From Clostridia bacterium (lineage in GTDB: Bacteria > Bacillota > Clostridia > Oscillospirales > Acutalibacteraceae), in assembly GCA_017381035.1 (NCBI GenBank), contig JAFOCW010000047.1:1065-65064 (forward strand): 64,000 nt of DNA, written 5' to 3'. Positions 26,140 through 35,752 of the stretch are shown here, one piece after another. The position numbers were made by a program, and so were the translations under genes. Below the pieces are notes generated by a model. That model searched no databases. It worked only from the letters and a program-made list of their open reading frames with translations, and was not told the DNA's origin. Position 1 is the stretch's first letter; every line of letters starts with the position of its first letter.

Positions 26140-26643
26140 TTAAAACTTTCTTATTTCAAGGGAAGCGTCGTCTTCCCCTTTTTCAATACTGCGCACAACT
26201 ATAAAATAACTATATTGTTCGTTTACGTTAACCTTTATTCTGTCGCCAACCTTGGCTCCCATAAGGGCCGAGCCCAAGGGCGATTCTTTACTTATTATGT
26301 TAGAAAACGGGTCCCTGCGAAGCGTGGTTACAATTTTTACCTTTTCTTCTGTCCCGTCTTCTTCAACATAGTAGGTAACGGTATCGAAAAGACCTACTGT
26401 ACCTTCTTTACTGTCAACCTCAATTACCCTTGCGGTTTTTATCATATTGCGAAGGTAGCGAATACGGCTTTCGTTTCTGCCACGTTCCCTTTTGGCAGCG
26501 TGATATTCGGCATTTTCCGATAAATCGCCGTGGCTTCTTGCAAATTTAACTTCTTCAAGTATTTCGGGACGGACTACCGTTATACGATATTCCAGTTCTT
26601 CCTTCATTTTGTCTATATCGACTTTAGTCAGTTCATCATACAT
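26140..26643 (-). CDS. greA: transcription elongation factor GreA
   Basis: Coiled-coil N-terminus with the acidic tip (HGDLSENAEYHAAK) and a C-terminal globular domain. Confidence 0.92.
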   Translation of the reverse strand: MYDELTKVDIDKMKEELEYRITVVRPEILEEVKFARSHGDLSENAEYHAAKRERGRNESRIRYLRNMIKTARVIEVDSKEGTVGLFDTVTYYVEEDGTEEKVKIVTTLRRDPFSNIISKESPLGSALMGAKVGDRIKVNVNEQYSYFIVVRSIEKGEDDASLEIRKF

Positions 26644-26652
26644 AGTATCACC

Positions 26653-27786
26653 TTATTTAACGGGGTTTTTAACCGAAAGCACCATACCGTTTTCGTTGTA
26701 TTCTTTTTCGGCCTTTATGCCGTAACCCATACCGAAATAGAAATACTTTTCGCTATAGGTAAAGCTAAGCGCACGCACCGGGTAGCTGAAATAGAACATT
26801 TCTTCGAACGTTTCACCGTCGGTGGTTCTTTTTACCGAAACTCTGAACTGTTCGGTGCCGTCTTCCGCTAATATTCTTTCGTTACAAAGCAAGTAAAGGG
26901 TGTCTTTTATTACCCTTATATCGTTAACTCTTACTTTTTCGCCAAGGTCAATTTGCTCTGCCGTTTTCATATCTTCGGTTTTATAAAGCAGACCTGTTGC
27001 AATATACTGCTTACCCAAAAATTCGGCTTTTTGCGCAATGGCGCCATAGGTGCTTTTAGAATATTTCATATTAGACAGCATATCGCTGTGGTATACAAAT
27101 TTATCGTCTTCAAAACGGTAGGTTTCCATATACGATTTTTCGCCGTAATAGGTGTAAAAATAAGCGTACAGAGTGTTGTTAAGTGTAAAGAAATCGTAAA
27201 CCCTTATAAATTCTGCGCCGTAGGTTTCACGAAGTTTGCCGTCTTTATAAAGGTAAACCGGAGTCCAGTTCTTTTCGTCTTCGGTATAAGCTACGGGGGC
27301 ATCGCCTTCTACAACGCCGATACCTGCAAAAAGCTTGCCATCAAATTTTATTAAATCGAAGTTGTGAATTCCGCCGGGTATGGTGTTATTTGTTTGCCAT
27401 CTTGTGTCTTCACAGAAGTAAAAATTGCCGTAAGACCAGGACGACTGCGGGTCGCAGCCTGCGGCATATAGCTTATTGCCAAATACGAAAAAGCGTTCTA
27501 TTTGCTCGTCGGGAAGGCCGGTATCAAGGTTCCAGGTTTGCTCTTCAAAATCGTAATGCCACATCATAACGGGGCCCTTGTTTTTATCGTAATCTCCGCT
27601 GCCTACGTAAAGCTTATTCCCTAAAACTTCAAGGTCCCACACACAGCGTTCCACACCGCCGGTTGTATAATAATCTTTAAGCGGTATTCCAAGTTCGGTA
27701 TACTCGGCTTGGTAGGGGTATTTTTTGCAGGAAGCCAAAGACAGCACCAATACTGCAGTAAGCATTAACGCAACTATTCTTTTCAA
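26653..27786 (-). CDS. lipoprotein with predicted beta-propeller repeats, unknown function
   Basis: Lipobox LSLASC after a signal peptide. Recurring blade-like motifs (GNKLYVG, GNKLYAAG, DGKLFAG, NNTLYAY, KDTLYLL). Confidence 0.65.
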   Translation of the reverse strand: MKRIVALMLTAVLVLSLASCKKYPYQAEYTELGIPLKDYYTTGGVERCVWDLEVLGNKLYVGSGDYDKNKGPVMMWHYDFEEQTWNLDTGLPDEQIERFFVFGNKLYAAGCDPQSSWSYGNFYFCEDTRWQTNNTIPGGIHNFDLIKFDGKLFAGIGVVEGDAPVAYTEDEKNWTPVYLYKDGKLRETYGAEFIRVYDFFTLNNTLYAYFYTYYGEKSYMETYRFEDDKFVYHSDMLSNMKYSKSTYGAIAQKAEFLGKQYIATGLLYKTEDMKTAEQIDLGEKVRVNDIRVIKDTLYLLCNERILAEDGTEQFRVSVKRTTDGETFEEMFYFSYPVRALSFTYSEKYFYFGMGYGIKAEKEYNENGMVLSVKNPVK

Positions 27787-27894
27787 GCGACCACTTCCCT
27801 TTAAGTATTATAGTAATTATATCAAAATAAAATAAAAAAGCAAGGCAGTGTAGTTATAAAAAACAGTCCGCAATCTATTACTCCTTCTCAGGCA

Positions 27895-27922
27895 AAAACA
27901 AAAAGCACCCGTTTGGGTGCTT
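27895..27922 (-). terminator. intrinsic terminator after tRNA-Ser
   Basis: AGCACCC-GTTT-GGGTGCT (27904-27921), followed on the minus strand by TTTTTGTTTTT. Confidence 0.7.
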
Positions 27923-27928
27923 TCGTTT

Positions 27929-28020
27929 TGGCGGAGAAGGAGGGATTCGAACCCTCGAACCACTTTTAATGGTTACACGATTTCCAATCGTGCGCGCTCG
28001 ACCAACTACGCGACTTCTCC
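27929..28020 (-). tRNA. tRNA-Ser (anticodon GGA), class II with long variable arm, CCA encoded
   Basis: Hand-folded. Acceptor stem GGAGAAG/CTTCTCC. Anticodon stem CACGA/TCGTG with loop TTGGAAA. Variable arm AACCA...TGGTT. T arm GAGGG-TTCGAAT-CCCTC. Discriminator G plus CCA. Confidence 0.9.
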
Positions 28021-28036
28021 GTATTAGCCAAAGACT

Positions 28037-28065
28037 ATTATACATACTCCTTGGCAAAAAATCAA
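28037..28065 (-). promoter_or_regulatory. putative sigma-A promoter of tRNA-Ser
   Basis: On the minus strand: TTGATT (28065-28060), 17-nt spacer, TATAAT (28042-28037), about 16 nt upstream of the tRNA 5' end. Confidence 0.5.
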
Positions 28066-28072
28066 GAGTTTT

Positions 28073-29077
28073 TTAATTATTTGAGTACATTTTTTGTAAA
28101 AGTTTAAGCTTTTCGCCTATCATTGTGCGAAGACTGCTTGGTGATACCACTTCAATATCGCCGCCAAACTCCATAAGCCAACCCACAAGGCCGTCGCTTA
28201 CAAGGCCTTTTGTTCTGAAGCTGAAGCGCCCGTCTTCGACCCCGATAACGTGAATTTTATCGCCGAAACGGTCGATTACCTGTTCAAGTATTTTGGTATT
28301 ACACGAAAGTTCGATTTCGCAAAGCTCGCCGCCGAACATATTGAAGGTTTTAAGGGCGTAATCGGCCGTATCGAACCTATCTTTATAATCGCACACTTCG
28401 CTGAAATGTCTGTAATTTTCAGTAGTACACCTTACGGTTTTCATTCTGTCGAGTCTTAGGTGCATTAAATTATTATATTTTTCATTATTGCAAACAAGGT
28501 AATAGTGGTCTTCCATCCAGATAAGAGCGTAGGGGCTAAGCTTAAACTCCCTTTCCCTTACGGTAATTTTACGGTTTTCGTCAATTTGCCTTGTGCGGTA
28601 TTTAAGGGTTACCTTTTTGCCCGTTTCAATAGCTTGACGAAGGGTATCTATACTGAAATAAATTTCTTCGTTATCGCATTTATTTTTGTATTCAATATAA
28701 ATACTGCTTTCCCTGGCTCTTGCCTGCTCTTTTGACATCATGGCTTCAAGCTTACCGACAAGCTCCCTTGTTTTTTTAGGGGTAATAAAATCGGCCGACT
28801 GAACGGCATCGGTTAAAAGATAAATTTCGGGAAGCTCGAACTCACGGGAAGCCAAAAAATAGCCTGAGCGTGGGGTACGGGTTTTAATAATATCGTAACC
28901 GTAGAAAATAAGGTTTTCAATATCGTCATAAATGGCTTTTCTTTCGGCTTTAATGCCGTATTCGGCAAGCTTTTCGCAAATTTCGGTTGCATTTATGGGG
29001 TTTTCTTCGTCGGAAAACTTGCGAAGAATATCTACAATATAAAGTATTTTAAGCTTTGAGCCTACTCTTGCTTCCAT
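28073..29077 (-). CDS. WYL-domain transcriptional regulator (wHTH-WYL-WCX architecture)
   Basis: N-terminal winged HTH (LKILYIVDILRKFSDEENPINATEICEKL). WYL core HYYLVCNNEKYNNLMHLRLDRM. C-terminal extension. ATG 29077-29075 has a GGAGGT RBS (29084-29089) lying inside the upstream gene. Confidence 0.85.
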   Translation of the reverse strand: MEARVGSKLKILYIVDILRKFSDEENPINATEICEKLAEYGIKAERKAIYDDIENLIFYGYDIIKTRTPRSGYFLASREFELPEIYLLTDAVQSADFITPKKTRELVGKLEAMMSKEQARARESSIYIEYKNKCDNEEIYFSIDTLRQAIETGKKVTLKYRTRQIDENRKITVREREFKLSPYALIWMEDHYYLVCNNEKYNNLMHLRLDRMKTVRCTTENYRHFSEVCDYKDRFDTADYALKTFNMFGGELCEIELSCNTKILEQVIDRFGDKIHVIGVEDGRFSFRTKGLVSDGLVGWLMEFGGDIEVVSPSSLRTMIGEKLKLLQKMYSNN

Positions 29078-29661
29078 TTGTTTACCTCCGAAATAAAATC
29101 TTCGTACCCGTAAAGAGAATTAAGCACGTCGAGCAGTGAATTTGTCGGCAAGGTCTTAGGCAAACCTAAAAACTCACACAGCCCTGCCCTTTTTTCTTTT
29201 GCGCCGCTACCGCCCGATACACCTAAATTAAAAAGGTCGGTTTTTGTAATTTTTCGGCCCTTTTTTTCGCACTTTTCGCCAATTACGCCTGCCCTTTCAA
29301 GCGCCGCTAAAATAATGGCGTCGTCGGTGCCTTCAACGCCCAAAAGTCCTGCAGCAGAAGGGGCGGTTTTGCGCTTTTCTTTGCCCAGAATTTCGGGCAG
29401 ATAGACGCTTTGAAACTGACTTTTAGGCACTATTTTTTCAAGATATTTTCTTATCATCTGGCCTGCGTAATCGGAGTCGGTAAGAATGATAATCCCGCAT
29501 TTTTCGGCCAAGGTTTTAATTAAATCGCACTTTTCACGGTCTTTAAAAACGGAAAAGCCGTTTGTTGTAATTATTGTGGCATCGATTATGTTTTCAAGAC
29601 GGATTTTATCGTACTTGCCTTCTACGATTACCGCCGAACTGAGCCTAATCAAGCGTTTCAC
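29062..29661 (-). CDS. Toprim-domain protein, RNase M5-like (Toprim plus DUF4093-type C-terminus)
   Basis: Toprim acidic motifs VIVEGKYD and ILTDSDYAG, 199 aa. Confidence 0.75.
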   Translation of the reverse strand: MKRLIRLSSAVIVEGKYDKIRLENIIDATIITTNGFSVFKDREKCDLIKTLAEKCGIIILTDSDYAGQMIRKYLEKIVPKSQFQSVYLPEILGKEKRKTAPSAAGLLGVEGTDDAIILAALERAGVIGEKCEKKGRKITKTDLFNLGVSGGSGAKEKRAGLCEFLGLPKTLPTNSLLDVLNSLYGYEDFISEVNKWKQE

Positions 29662-30691
29662 CCGTTTTCATAATATAAATTAAGCGAACAACGAGCTTTT
29701 CAATTGAGTTGCGTTCATTAAGCGCATAGCTTTTAAGCTCTTTTTCGGTTTTAATTATTGCATCGAAACAGAGCTCTAATTTATTAAGGTCGAACTTCCT
29801 TAAATAGCCTGCGCTACGGGACAAAAGGAATGATTTATTGCCCATTTTGAACTCTTCGGCCATTTTATCGAGATTTTTGCCTTCGGCTTTTGCGTGATAG
29901 GCACGGTACATATTAACCACGGTTGACGCAATGGTGTAAAACACCGGCATTGTATCTATATTCATATAATATAACTCATCAAGCAGCTTCATAACGCCTG
30001 CGGTATCGCCGAAGATTATTTTATTTGATAAATCGTAAATAGATGCTTCGACCGATTTTACGCAAACGCTGTCTATAATTTCTTTGGTGATTTCGCCTTC
30101 CTTGGTGTAGGCGCACAGTTTTTTAAGCTCGTTTGTTAAAAATTCAATATCGGTAGAGCAGATTTCGGTTATATAGGTTGCGTTTTTGGGGCTTAAAACA
30201 AGGCCCTGTTTTTTAGCCGAAGCGCAAAGAAGGCGGGCAAGCTCGTCGGCACTTTTGTGGTTAAGGCAGACTACGTCGCCGCCTGACTTGGTTACGGCAT
30301 CGGTAAGCGCCTTTACCCTTTTAGATTTTTTAAGGTCTATTTCGTCGTTGCCGAAATAAAGCACGAAAACGCTGGTATCTACGGGGTCGCTTATAATTTC
30401 TATTAAATTATCGAACTCGAATTGGGCCGACTTTTCAATATCGAACTCGCCAAGCACCACGCACTTTTTATCGGCCATAACGGGAAAACCGTTAAGCTCG
30501 TCGTACACTTCTTGAAGAGAAACACCGAAATTGTACTTAACAAGGTTCATATCATCGTCGGGCGAAACGGTGGCCGCAATTATGCGGTTAAGCGCCTGCT
30601 GTTTAAGATAGCTGTCGGAGCCGCAGATAAGATAAACGGGCAAAAGTGCACCCGCTGCCAGCGAAGATTTAAGGGTTTTATCGTTAAGCAT
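29645..30691 (-). CDS. holA: DNA polymerase III delta subunit
   Basis: 348 aa, N-terminal motif LPVYLICGSDSYL, conserved position after comEC. Confidence 0.85.
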   Translation of the reverse strand: MLNDKTLKSSLAAGALLPVYLICGSDSYLKQQALNRIIAATVSPDDDMNLVKYNFGVSLQEVYDELNGFPVMADKKCVVLGEFDIEKSAQFEFDNLIEIISDPVDTSVFVLYFGNDEIDLKKSKRVKALTDAVTKSGGDVVCLNHKSADELARLLCASAKKQGLVLSPKNATYITEICSTDIEFLTNELKKLCAYTKEGEITKEIIDSVCVKSVEASIYDLSNKIIFGDTAGVMKLLDELYYMNIDTMPVFYTIASTVVNMYRAYHAKAEGKNLDKMAEEFKMGNKSFLLSRSAGYLRKFDLNKLELCFDAIIKTEKELKSYALNERNSIEKLVVRLIYIMKTGETLD

Positions 30692-32162
30692 TAAGTTTCT
30701 CCTCTCTTTTTAAAATAAGTCGTCGGGACAGTGCCCTTACTAATAATATAAACGCACACGCTATAAAAAAGCAATAAATATTTTTACCCTGCGGTACGGT
30801 AAGTACACCGAAATTATCTTCACCTATAGCGGTAATTGCCAGAATAAAGAATTTAACAAAGGCTCTGCTTAAAAAGAAAAGGGGTAAAGATATGAATTTA
30901 CCGAAGGGTAAAAAGAACAAAATGACCGAAATTACACCCAAAACAAGAGCGCTGTTCATAGCGAAGGTAACCGCTAAGTTGGCTATGGGGGACACCAGTG
31001 CCACATAGCCGAAATAGTGAACTATTATAGGCATTGTGCAGACCATACTGCAGGTTGCTATTACAAAAATGTCGTATATACCTTTTAACAGTCTGCCAAT
31101 ATGCCCAAACCGACTAAAGTCTGCGGCTTCTATTAACATGGCCGATGGGTAAAGCACCGCAAAGGTGGCGGCAATAGATAAAAGGAAAGCAACGTTATAA
31201 AAAATATAAGGGTTAGATATAAACGAAACGGCTACCGCAAACCCGAGCGAGCTTAGCGAGTCGGTTGTTCGGTTAAAGAGGCGGCCGAAAAGCATTACAA
31301 AATATGCAATTCCGGCACGAAGAATTGAAATATGGAAAAGACAAGCGGCAAGAATAAACAATGACGTAAAACTACACACCAAAAACTTGATAAGAATTTT
31401 AGTTTTGCCGTTTAGTACGTTTAACATAATACCGCACAGAAGACTTAAGTGCATACCCGAAACAACAAGCATATGGCTTACGCCCGTAGCCTTAACCGTA
31501 TCGTAAAGTTCATTTGAAATTTCGCTGTCGTCCCCAATAATGAGCGCCTTTAAAACGGAGCCGGCTTCGTCCTGCCCCGAATACTCGATAGCGCCGAGTA
31601 TTGCTGTTCGAAGGTCGTACAAGAACCGCCAGAAAGAGCCTTTGTTTTGCGAATACGAATATATTTCGGAAACTTCGCCTGCAAAATGATAGCCCTTACC
31701 GAAATTGTAGGCTTTTGTGTCTTCTTTTAATGGCACAAACAAAATTTCGGCATTAATTATATCGCCCGGAAGTGCGGCCAAACTGTAACGGAAGGTGGCA
31801 TTTACCGTAAGGCCTTCGGCCGCCTTATTACTGCTTTCTTTTATTTTAAGTATTACCGAAGAATACTTATTTGTGCTATAGCCGACATCTATTATTTCGG
31901 CCGAAATATCGGCCGTGTCGCCTACTATCTGACGGCTTTTGTTTTCGATAAACGCACCGAGGGTAACCACCCTTATAAATAGCACAATAAAAATAAGGGC
32001 GATGATAACGCCCTTATTTAACTGGTTAGGTTTTCTGATAATTAAAAGCAATGTCGTCGCCGCAAAGAACAAAATTATAGCCGCCGATACCGGTATACTT
32101 TTAAGTGCGGCAAAGGAGGCCAAAAGGGCGCCTATGCCGATAAGCAGAAAAGGCCTGTACAT
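30684..32162 (-). CDS. comEC: ComEC/Rec2-family competence channel protein (DUF4131 plus Competence domain, no beta-lactamase domain)
   Basis: Polytopic membrane protein. Competence-domain motif TGVSHMLVVSGMHL. Only 492 aa, ending right after the membrane domain. Confidence 0.8.
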   Translation of the reverse strand: MYRPFLLIGIGALLASFAALKSIPVSAAIILFFAATTLLLIIRKPNQLNKGVIIALIFIVLFIRVVTLGAFIENKSRQIVGDTADISAEIIDVGYSTNKYSSVILKIKESSNKAAEGLTVNATFRYSLAALPGDIINAEILFVPLKEDTKAYNFGKGYHFAGEVSEIYSYSQNKGSFWRFLYDLRTAILGAIEYSGQDEAGSVLKALIIGDDSEISNELYDTVKATGVSHMLVVSGMHLSLLCGIMLNVLNGKTKILIKFLVCSFTSLFILAACLFHISILRAGIAYFVMLFGRLFNRTTDSLSSLGFAVAVSFISNPYIFYNVAFLLSIAATFAVLYPSAMLIEAADFSRFGHIGRLLKGIYDIFVIATCSMVCTMPIIVHYFGYVALVSPIANLAVTFAMNSALVLGVISVILFFLPFGKFISLPLFFLSRAFVKFFILAITAIGEDNFGVLTVPQGKNIYCFFIACAFILLVRALSRRLILKREEKLNA

Positions 32163-32702
32163 TTATTTGAAGAAAAGTGGAAGCTTTTCAAGGAAAATTA
32201 TATCTGTGCGGTCGGCCGCATCGCCTTCGGCGAGCACGGCGCAAGCAGCCGCTTCTATTCCGCCTGCTTTTGATAGCAAATCGCGAATAGAGCTTAAAGA
32301 TTCACCCGTTGAAATAACGTCGTCAACTATTAACACTTTTTTGCCGTTAATAAGGTTGGCTTCATCTTCGCCAAGGTAAAGGTGCTGTTCCCTTTGGGTA
32401 GTGATTGAATGAACGGTAACTTCAATGGGTCTGCCCATATAAACCTTGGTGCCTTTTCTTGCCACTATGTAGGGCTTGCCCGACTGGCGAGACATTTCGT
32501 AAGCTAAGGGAATGCTTTTAGCTTCGGGAGTTAAAATATAGTCGAACTCAGGCACTTTTTTAAGAAGCTCGGTAGCCGATGCAACGGTAATTTCGGTATC
32601 GCCGAAAAGAATAAACGCCGCAATTTCAAGGCTATCGGACACGGGGAAAAGCTTTAAATTTCTCTGGCATCCTGCAATTTTCATAGAATAATATTCAGAC
32701 AT
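32163..32702 (-). CDS. phosphoribosyltransferase-family protein (type I PRT)
   Basis: PRPP-binding loop VLIVDDVISTGESL, 179 aa. Its stop codon directly abuts the comEC start. Confidence 0.75.
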   Translation of the reverse strand: MSEYYSMKIAGCQRNLKLFPVSDSLEIAAFILFGDTEITVASATELLKKVPEFDYILTPEAKSIPLAYEMSRQSGKPYIVARKGTKVYMGRPIEVTVHSITTQREQHLYLGEDEANLINGKKVLIVDDVISTGESLSSIRDLLSKAGGIEAAACAVLAEGDAADRTDIIFLEKLPLFFK

Positions 32703-32734
32703 AATATTTCTCCTTTATACAAAGTTAGGTGGGT

Positions 32735-33073
32735 TTAACCCGGTGGCCACTGAAGATTTCTTCTGGCAAGAAGGTGGAAATGAATATGACCAACGGTCTG
32801 TCCGCCGTCTTGGCCGCAGTTATTAACTACCCTGAAGCCCTTTTCAAGATTTTCATTTTTTGCAATTTTGGAAACCGCTTCGAAAACCTTGGCTATAAGG
32901 TGGCTGTTTTCGGCAGTAATTTCGGCCGCAGAAGCCACGTGCTCACGCGGAATAATTATTGCGTGGAAGGGGGCCTTGGGGTCTATGTCTAAAAAGGCAT
33001 AAACGTATTCGTCTTCATAAACCTTTGTTGACGGAATTTCGCCAGCCGCTATTTTACAAAATAAACAGTCCAT
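32735..33073 (-). CDS. HIT-family (histidine triad) nucleotide hydrolase
   Basis: Histidine triad HIHFHLL, 112 aa. Confidence 0.9.
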   Translation of the reverse strand: MDCLFCKIAAGEIPSTKVYEDEYVYAFLDIDPKAPFHAIIIPREHVASAAEITAENSHLIAKVFEAVSKIAKNENLEKGFRVVNNCGQDGGQTVGHIHFHLLARRNLQWPPG

Positions 33074-33081
33074 TGTTTCAC

Positions 33082-35703
33082 CTACTTTATCATACCTGCG
33101 ATAATATCTTTAGCCGCATTAACTGCTTCGTCTGCCTTAGATATATCTTTACCGCCTGCCATTGCGCTATCGGGTTTTCCGCCGCCGTTACCGCCTGCAA
33201 TTTTTGCAACTTCACGAACAATGTTGCCTGCGTTTGCACCCTTGGCAACAGCATCTTTACCTGCGGCGGCACAGAAGGTTAACTTGTCGCCGTTGACTGC
33301 GGCAAAAAGGCAAACTGCAAACGTATTATCGCCCTTAACCTTGTCGCACATAGTGCGAAGGTCGTTTGGCTGAGTGCCGTCTACACGGGCGGTAATAATT
33401 TTAACACCGTTCACGTCGGCGGCGCCTGCCATAAGGTCGGAAATTTTTGAGCCTGCAAGCTTTGCATTAAGGGCTTCGATTTTCTTATCTTTTTCCTTAA
33501 GCTCGGCAGCTACCGAGTGTGCCTTAACGGCAACCTCAAGAGGGTTAGCGCTCTTAATGGCGTCGGCAGTATCTTCGATAATGCCCTTATATTTGTTTAA
33601 AAGGTCTAAAACGTTGGCGCCTGTAACCGCTTCAATTCTGCGGACACCTGCGGCTACCGAAGATTCCGAAACAATTTTTAAAAGGCCGATTTTTGCGGTG
33701 TTGTCTACGTGGGTACCGCCGCAAAGTTCGGTAGAGAAGCCCTTGGCATCTACAACACGTACAACGTCGCCGTACTTTTCGCCGAAGAGTGCCATTGCGC
33801 CAAGCTTTTTGGCTTCGTCAATGGGCATTTCGGTGTTTTCAACCGTAAGGCCTTCCAGGATTTTTACATTAATAAGATTTTCAACTGCACTTATTTCTTC
33901 GGCGGTAAGGGCAGAGAAATGTGTAAAGTCGAAACGGAGCACTGCATCGTTTACAAGCTGACCTGCCTGCTCTACATGGTTTCCGAGCACCTGACGTAAA
34001 GCCGCCTGAAGAAGATGGGCTGCGGTGTGGTTTCTGCGGATGGCCGCCCTTCTGTCATTATTAATAACGGCATTAACGGTATCGCCCACAGAAACAGAGC
34101 CGCTTACAACCTCAACCATATGGGTAAAGATGCCGCCCATTTTTGTTGTGTTTGAAACGGTTATATTGCAGGTATCGCCCGAAAGTACGCCTGTGTCGCC
34201 TACCTGGCCGCCGCCTTCGCCGTAGAAAACGGTTTTATCTAACACAATTATTGCTTTGTCGCCTTCGACTGCGGTGTCTACTGTTTCGCCACCAATAACA
34301 ATTGCGGCAACCTTAGCTTCGCAAGAAGTATTGGTATAACCGAGGAATTCGGTATCTTTTATGCCGTCGAAGGAAATGCCGTCGCTTTTCCAGGATTCTC
34401 CGTCGGACGCACGTCTGCCTTCACGGGCTCTTTGTCTTTGCTCTTCCATAAGGGCTTTAAAGCCGTCTTCGTCTACCGACATATTCTTTTCGGCAAGAAT
34501 GTCTTTTGTAAGGTCGAACGGGAAGCCGTAGGTATCGTAAAGCTTGAAGGCGTCGGCTGCCGAAAGGGTGCCGCCGTCTTTAGTTAAATCTTCAAGCATT
34601 GAAAGACCAAGGTCAATAGTTTTGGCAAAAGCCTTTTCTTCGTTGGCAATAACCTTTAAAATAAACTCCTTACGGCTTTCAAGCTCGGGGTAGGCCGATT
34701 TGCTTTCTTCAATAGCAACGGTTGCGGTTTCGGTTAAGAAAGCACGGGTAATACCAAGAAGTCTGCCGTGGCGAGCCGCACGGCGAATAAGGCGGCGAAG
34801 AACGTAGCCGCGGCCTTCGTTGGAAGGCACAACGCCGTCGCAAATCATAAAGGTTGCGCTTCTTGAATGGTCGGTAATTGCACGAATGGAAATATCGTTA
34901 TTTTTATTTTGACCGTACTGTTTGCCTGCAATGGTGCACACGGTATCGAGCACACGGCGAACAGAGTCTACTTCAAACATATTGTCTACGCCCTGCATTA
35001 CGCACGCAAGACGTTCAAGACCCATACCTGTATCGATATTCTTATGTTCAAGCTCGGTATAGGTGCCGTCGCCCATATTGTTGAACTGGGTGAACACGTT
35101 GTTCCAGATTTCCATATATCTGTCGCATTCACAGCCCGGCTTACAGTCGGGTGAGCCGCAGCCGTACTTTTCGCCACGGTCGAAATAAATTTCACTGCAG
35201 GGGCCGCAGGGTCCGGTGCCGTGCTCCCAGAAGTTGTCGGCCTTGCCAAGCTTTACAATTCTGCTTGCAGGTACACCTATAACGTCGGTCCAGATAGCGT
35301 AGGCTTCATTATCTTCTTCGTAAACAGAGGGCCACAAAAGCTCTTCGGGAATTTCGAGGGTTTTAGTTAAAAACTCCCACGCCCACGGAATAGCCTGGTC
35401 TTTAAAATAGTCGCCGAAAGAGAAGTTGCCCAGCATTTCGAAGAAGGTGCCGTGGCGTGCAGTATGACCCACACGTTCAAGGTCGGGGGTACGAATGCAC
35501 TTCTGGCAGGTGGTTACCCTGTTTCTTGGGGGGGTAACTTCGCCGGTGAAATATTTTTTCATTGGCGCCATACCGGAATTTATAAGTAAAAGTGATTTAT
35601 CACCCTTAGGTACCAAGGGGAAGCTTGGCAGGCGAAGATGACCCTTGCTTTCAAAGAAAGAAAGATATTTTTCTCTTAAATCGTTAAGTGAAGTCCATTG
35701 CAT
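33082..35703 (-). CDS. alaS: alanine--tRNA ligase
   Basis: 873 aa. Class II core, editing-domain HxxxH/CxxxH motifs (HTAAHLL, CGGTHV) and a C-terminal DHHA1-like part. Confidence 0.96.
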   Translation of the reverse strand: MQWTSLNDLREKYLSFFESKGHLRLPSFPLVPKGDKSLLLINSGMAPMKKYFTGEVTPPRNRVTTCQKCIRTPDLERVGHTARHGTFFEMLGNFSFGDYFKDQAIPWAWEFLTKTLEIPEELLWPSVYEEDNEAYAIWTDVIGVPASRIVKLGKADNFWEHGTGPCGPCSEIYFDRGEKYGCGSPDCKPGCECDRYMEIWNNVFTQFNNMGDGTYTELEHKNIDTGMGLERLACVMQGVDNMFEVDSVRRVLDTVCTIAGKQYGQNKNNDISIRAITDHSRSATFMICDGVVPSNEGRGYVLRRLIRRAARHGRLLGITRAFLTETATVAIEESKSAYPELESRKEFILKVIANEEKAFAKTIDLGLSMLEDLTKDGGTLSAADAFKLYDTYGFPFDLTKDILAEKNMSVDEDGFKALMEEQRQRAREGRRASDGESWKSDGISFDGIKDTEFLGYTNTSCEAKVAAIVIGGETVDTAVEGDKAIIVLDKTVFYGEGGGQVGDTGVLSGDTCNITVSNTTKMGGIFTHMVEVVSGSVSVGDTVNAVINNDRRAAIRRNHTAAHLLQAALRQVLGNHVEQAGQLVNDAVLRFDFTHFSALTAEEISAVENLINVKILEGLTVENTEMPIDEAKKLGAMALFGEKYGDVVRVVDAKGFSTELCGGTHVDNTAKIGLLKIVSESSVAAGVRRIEAVTGANVLDLLNKYKGIIEDTADAIKSANPLEVAVKAHSVAAELKEKDKKIEALNAKLAGSKISDLMAGAADVNGVKIITARVDGTQPNDLRTMCDKVKGDNTFAVCLFAAVNGDKLTFCAAAGKDAVAKGANAGNIVREVAKIAGGNGGGKPDSAMAGGKDISKADEAVNAAKDIIAGMIK

Positions 35704-35752
35704 GTTTTTTCATCCTTTTTTTGCGCATACTAACGCACATTAATACAGAATA

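Noticed and set aside
26653-28020. Genomic island integrated at tRNA-Ser
   Set aside because: I noticed no second copy of the tRNA 3' end (GGTTCGAATCCCTCCTTCTCCGCCA) nearby and no integrase. The flanking genes are greA and a holA operon. This was only a visual scan, so a degenerate att site cannot be excluded.
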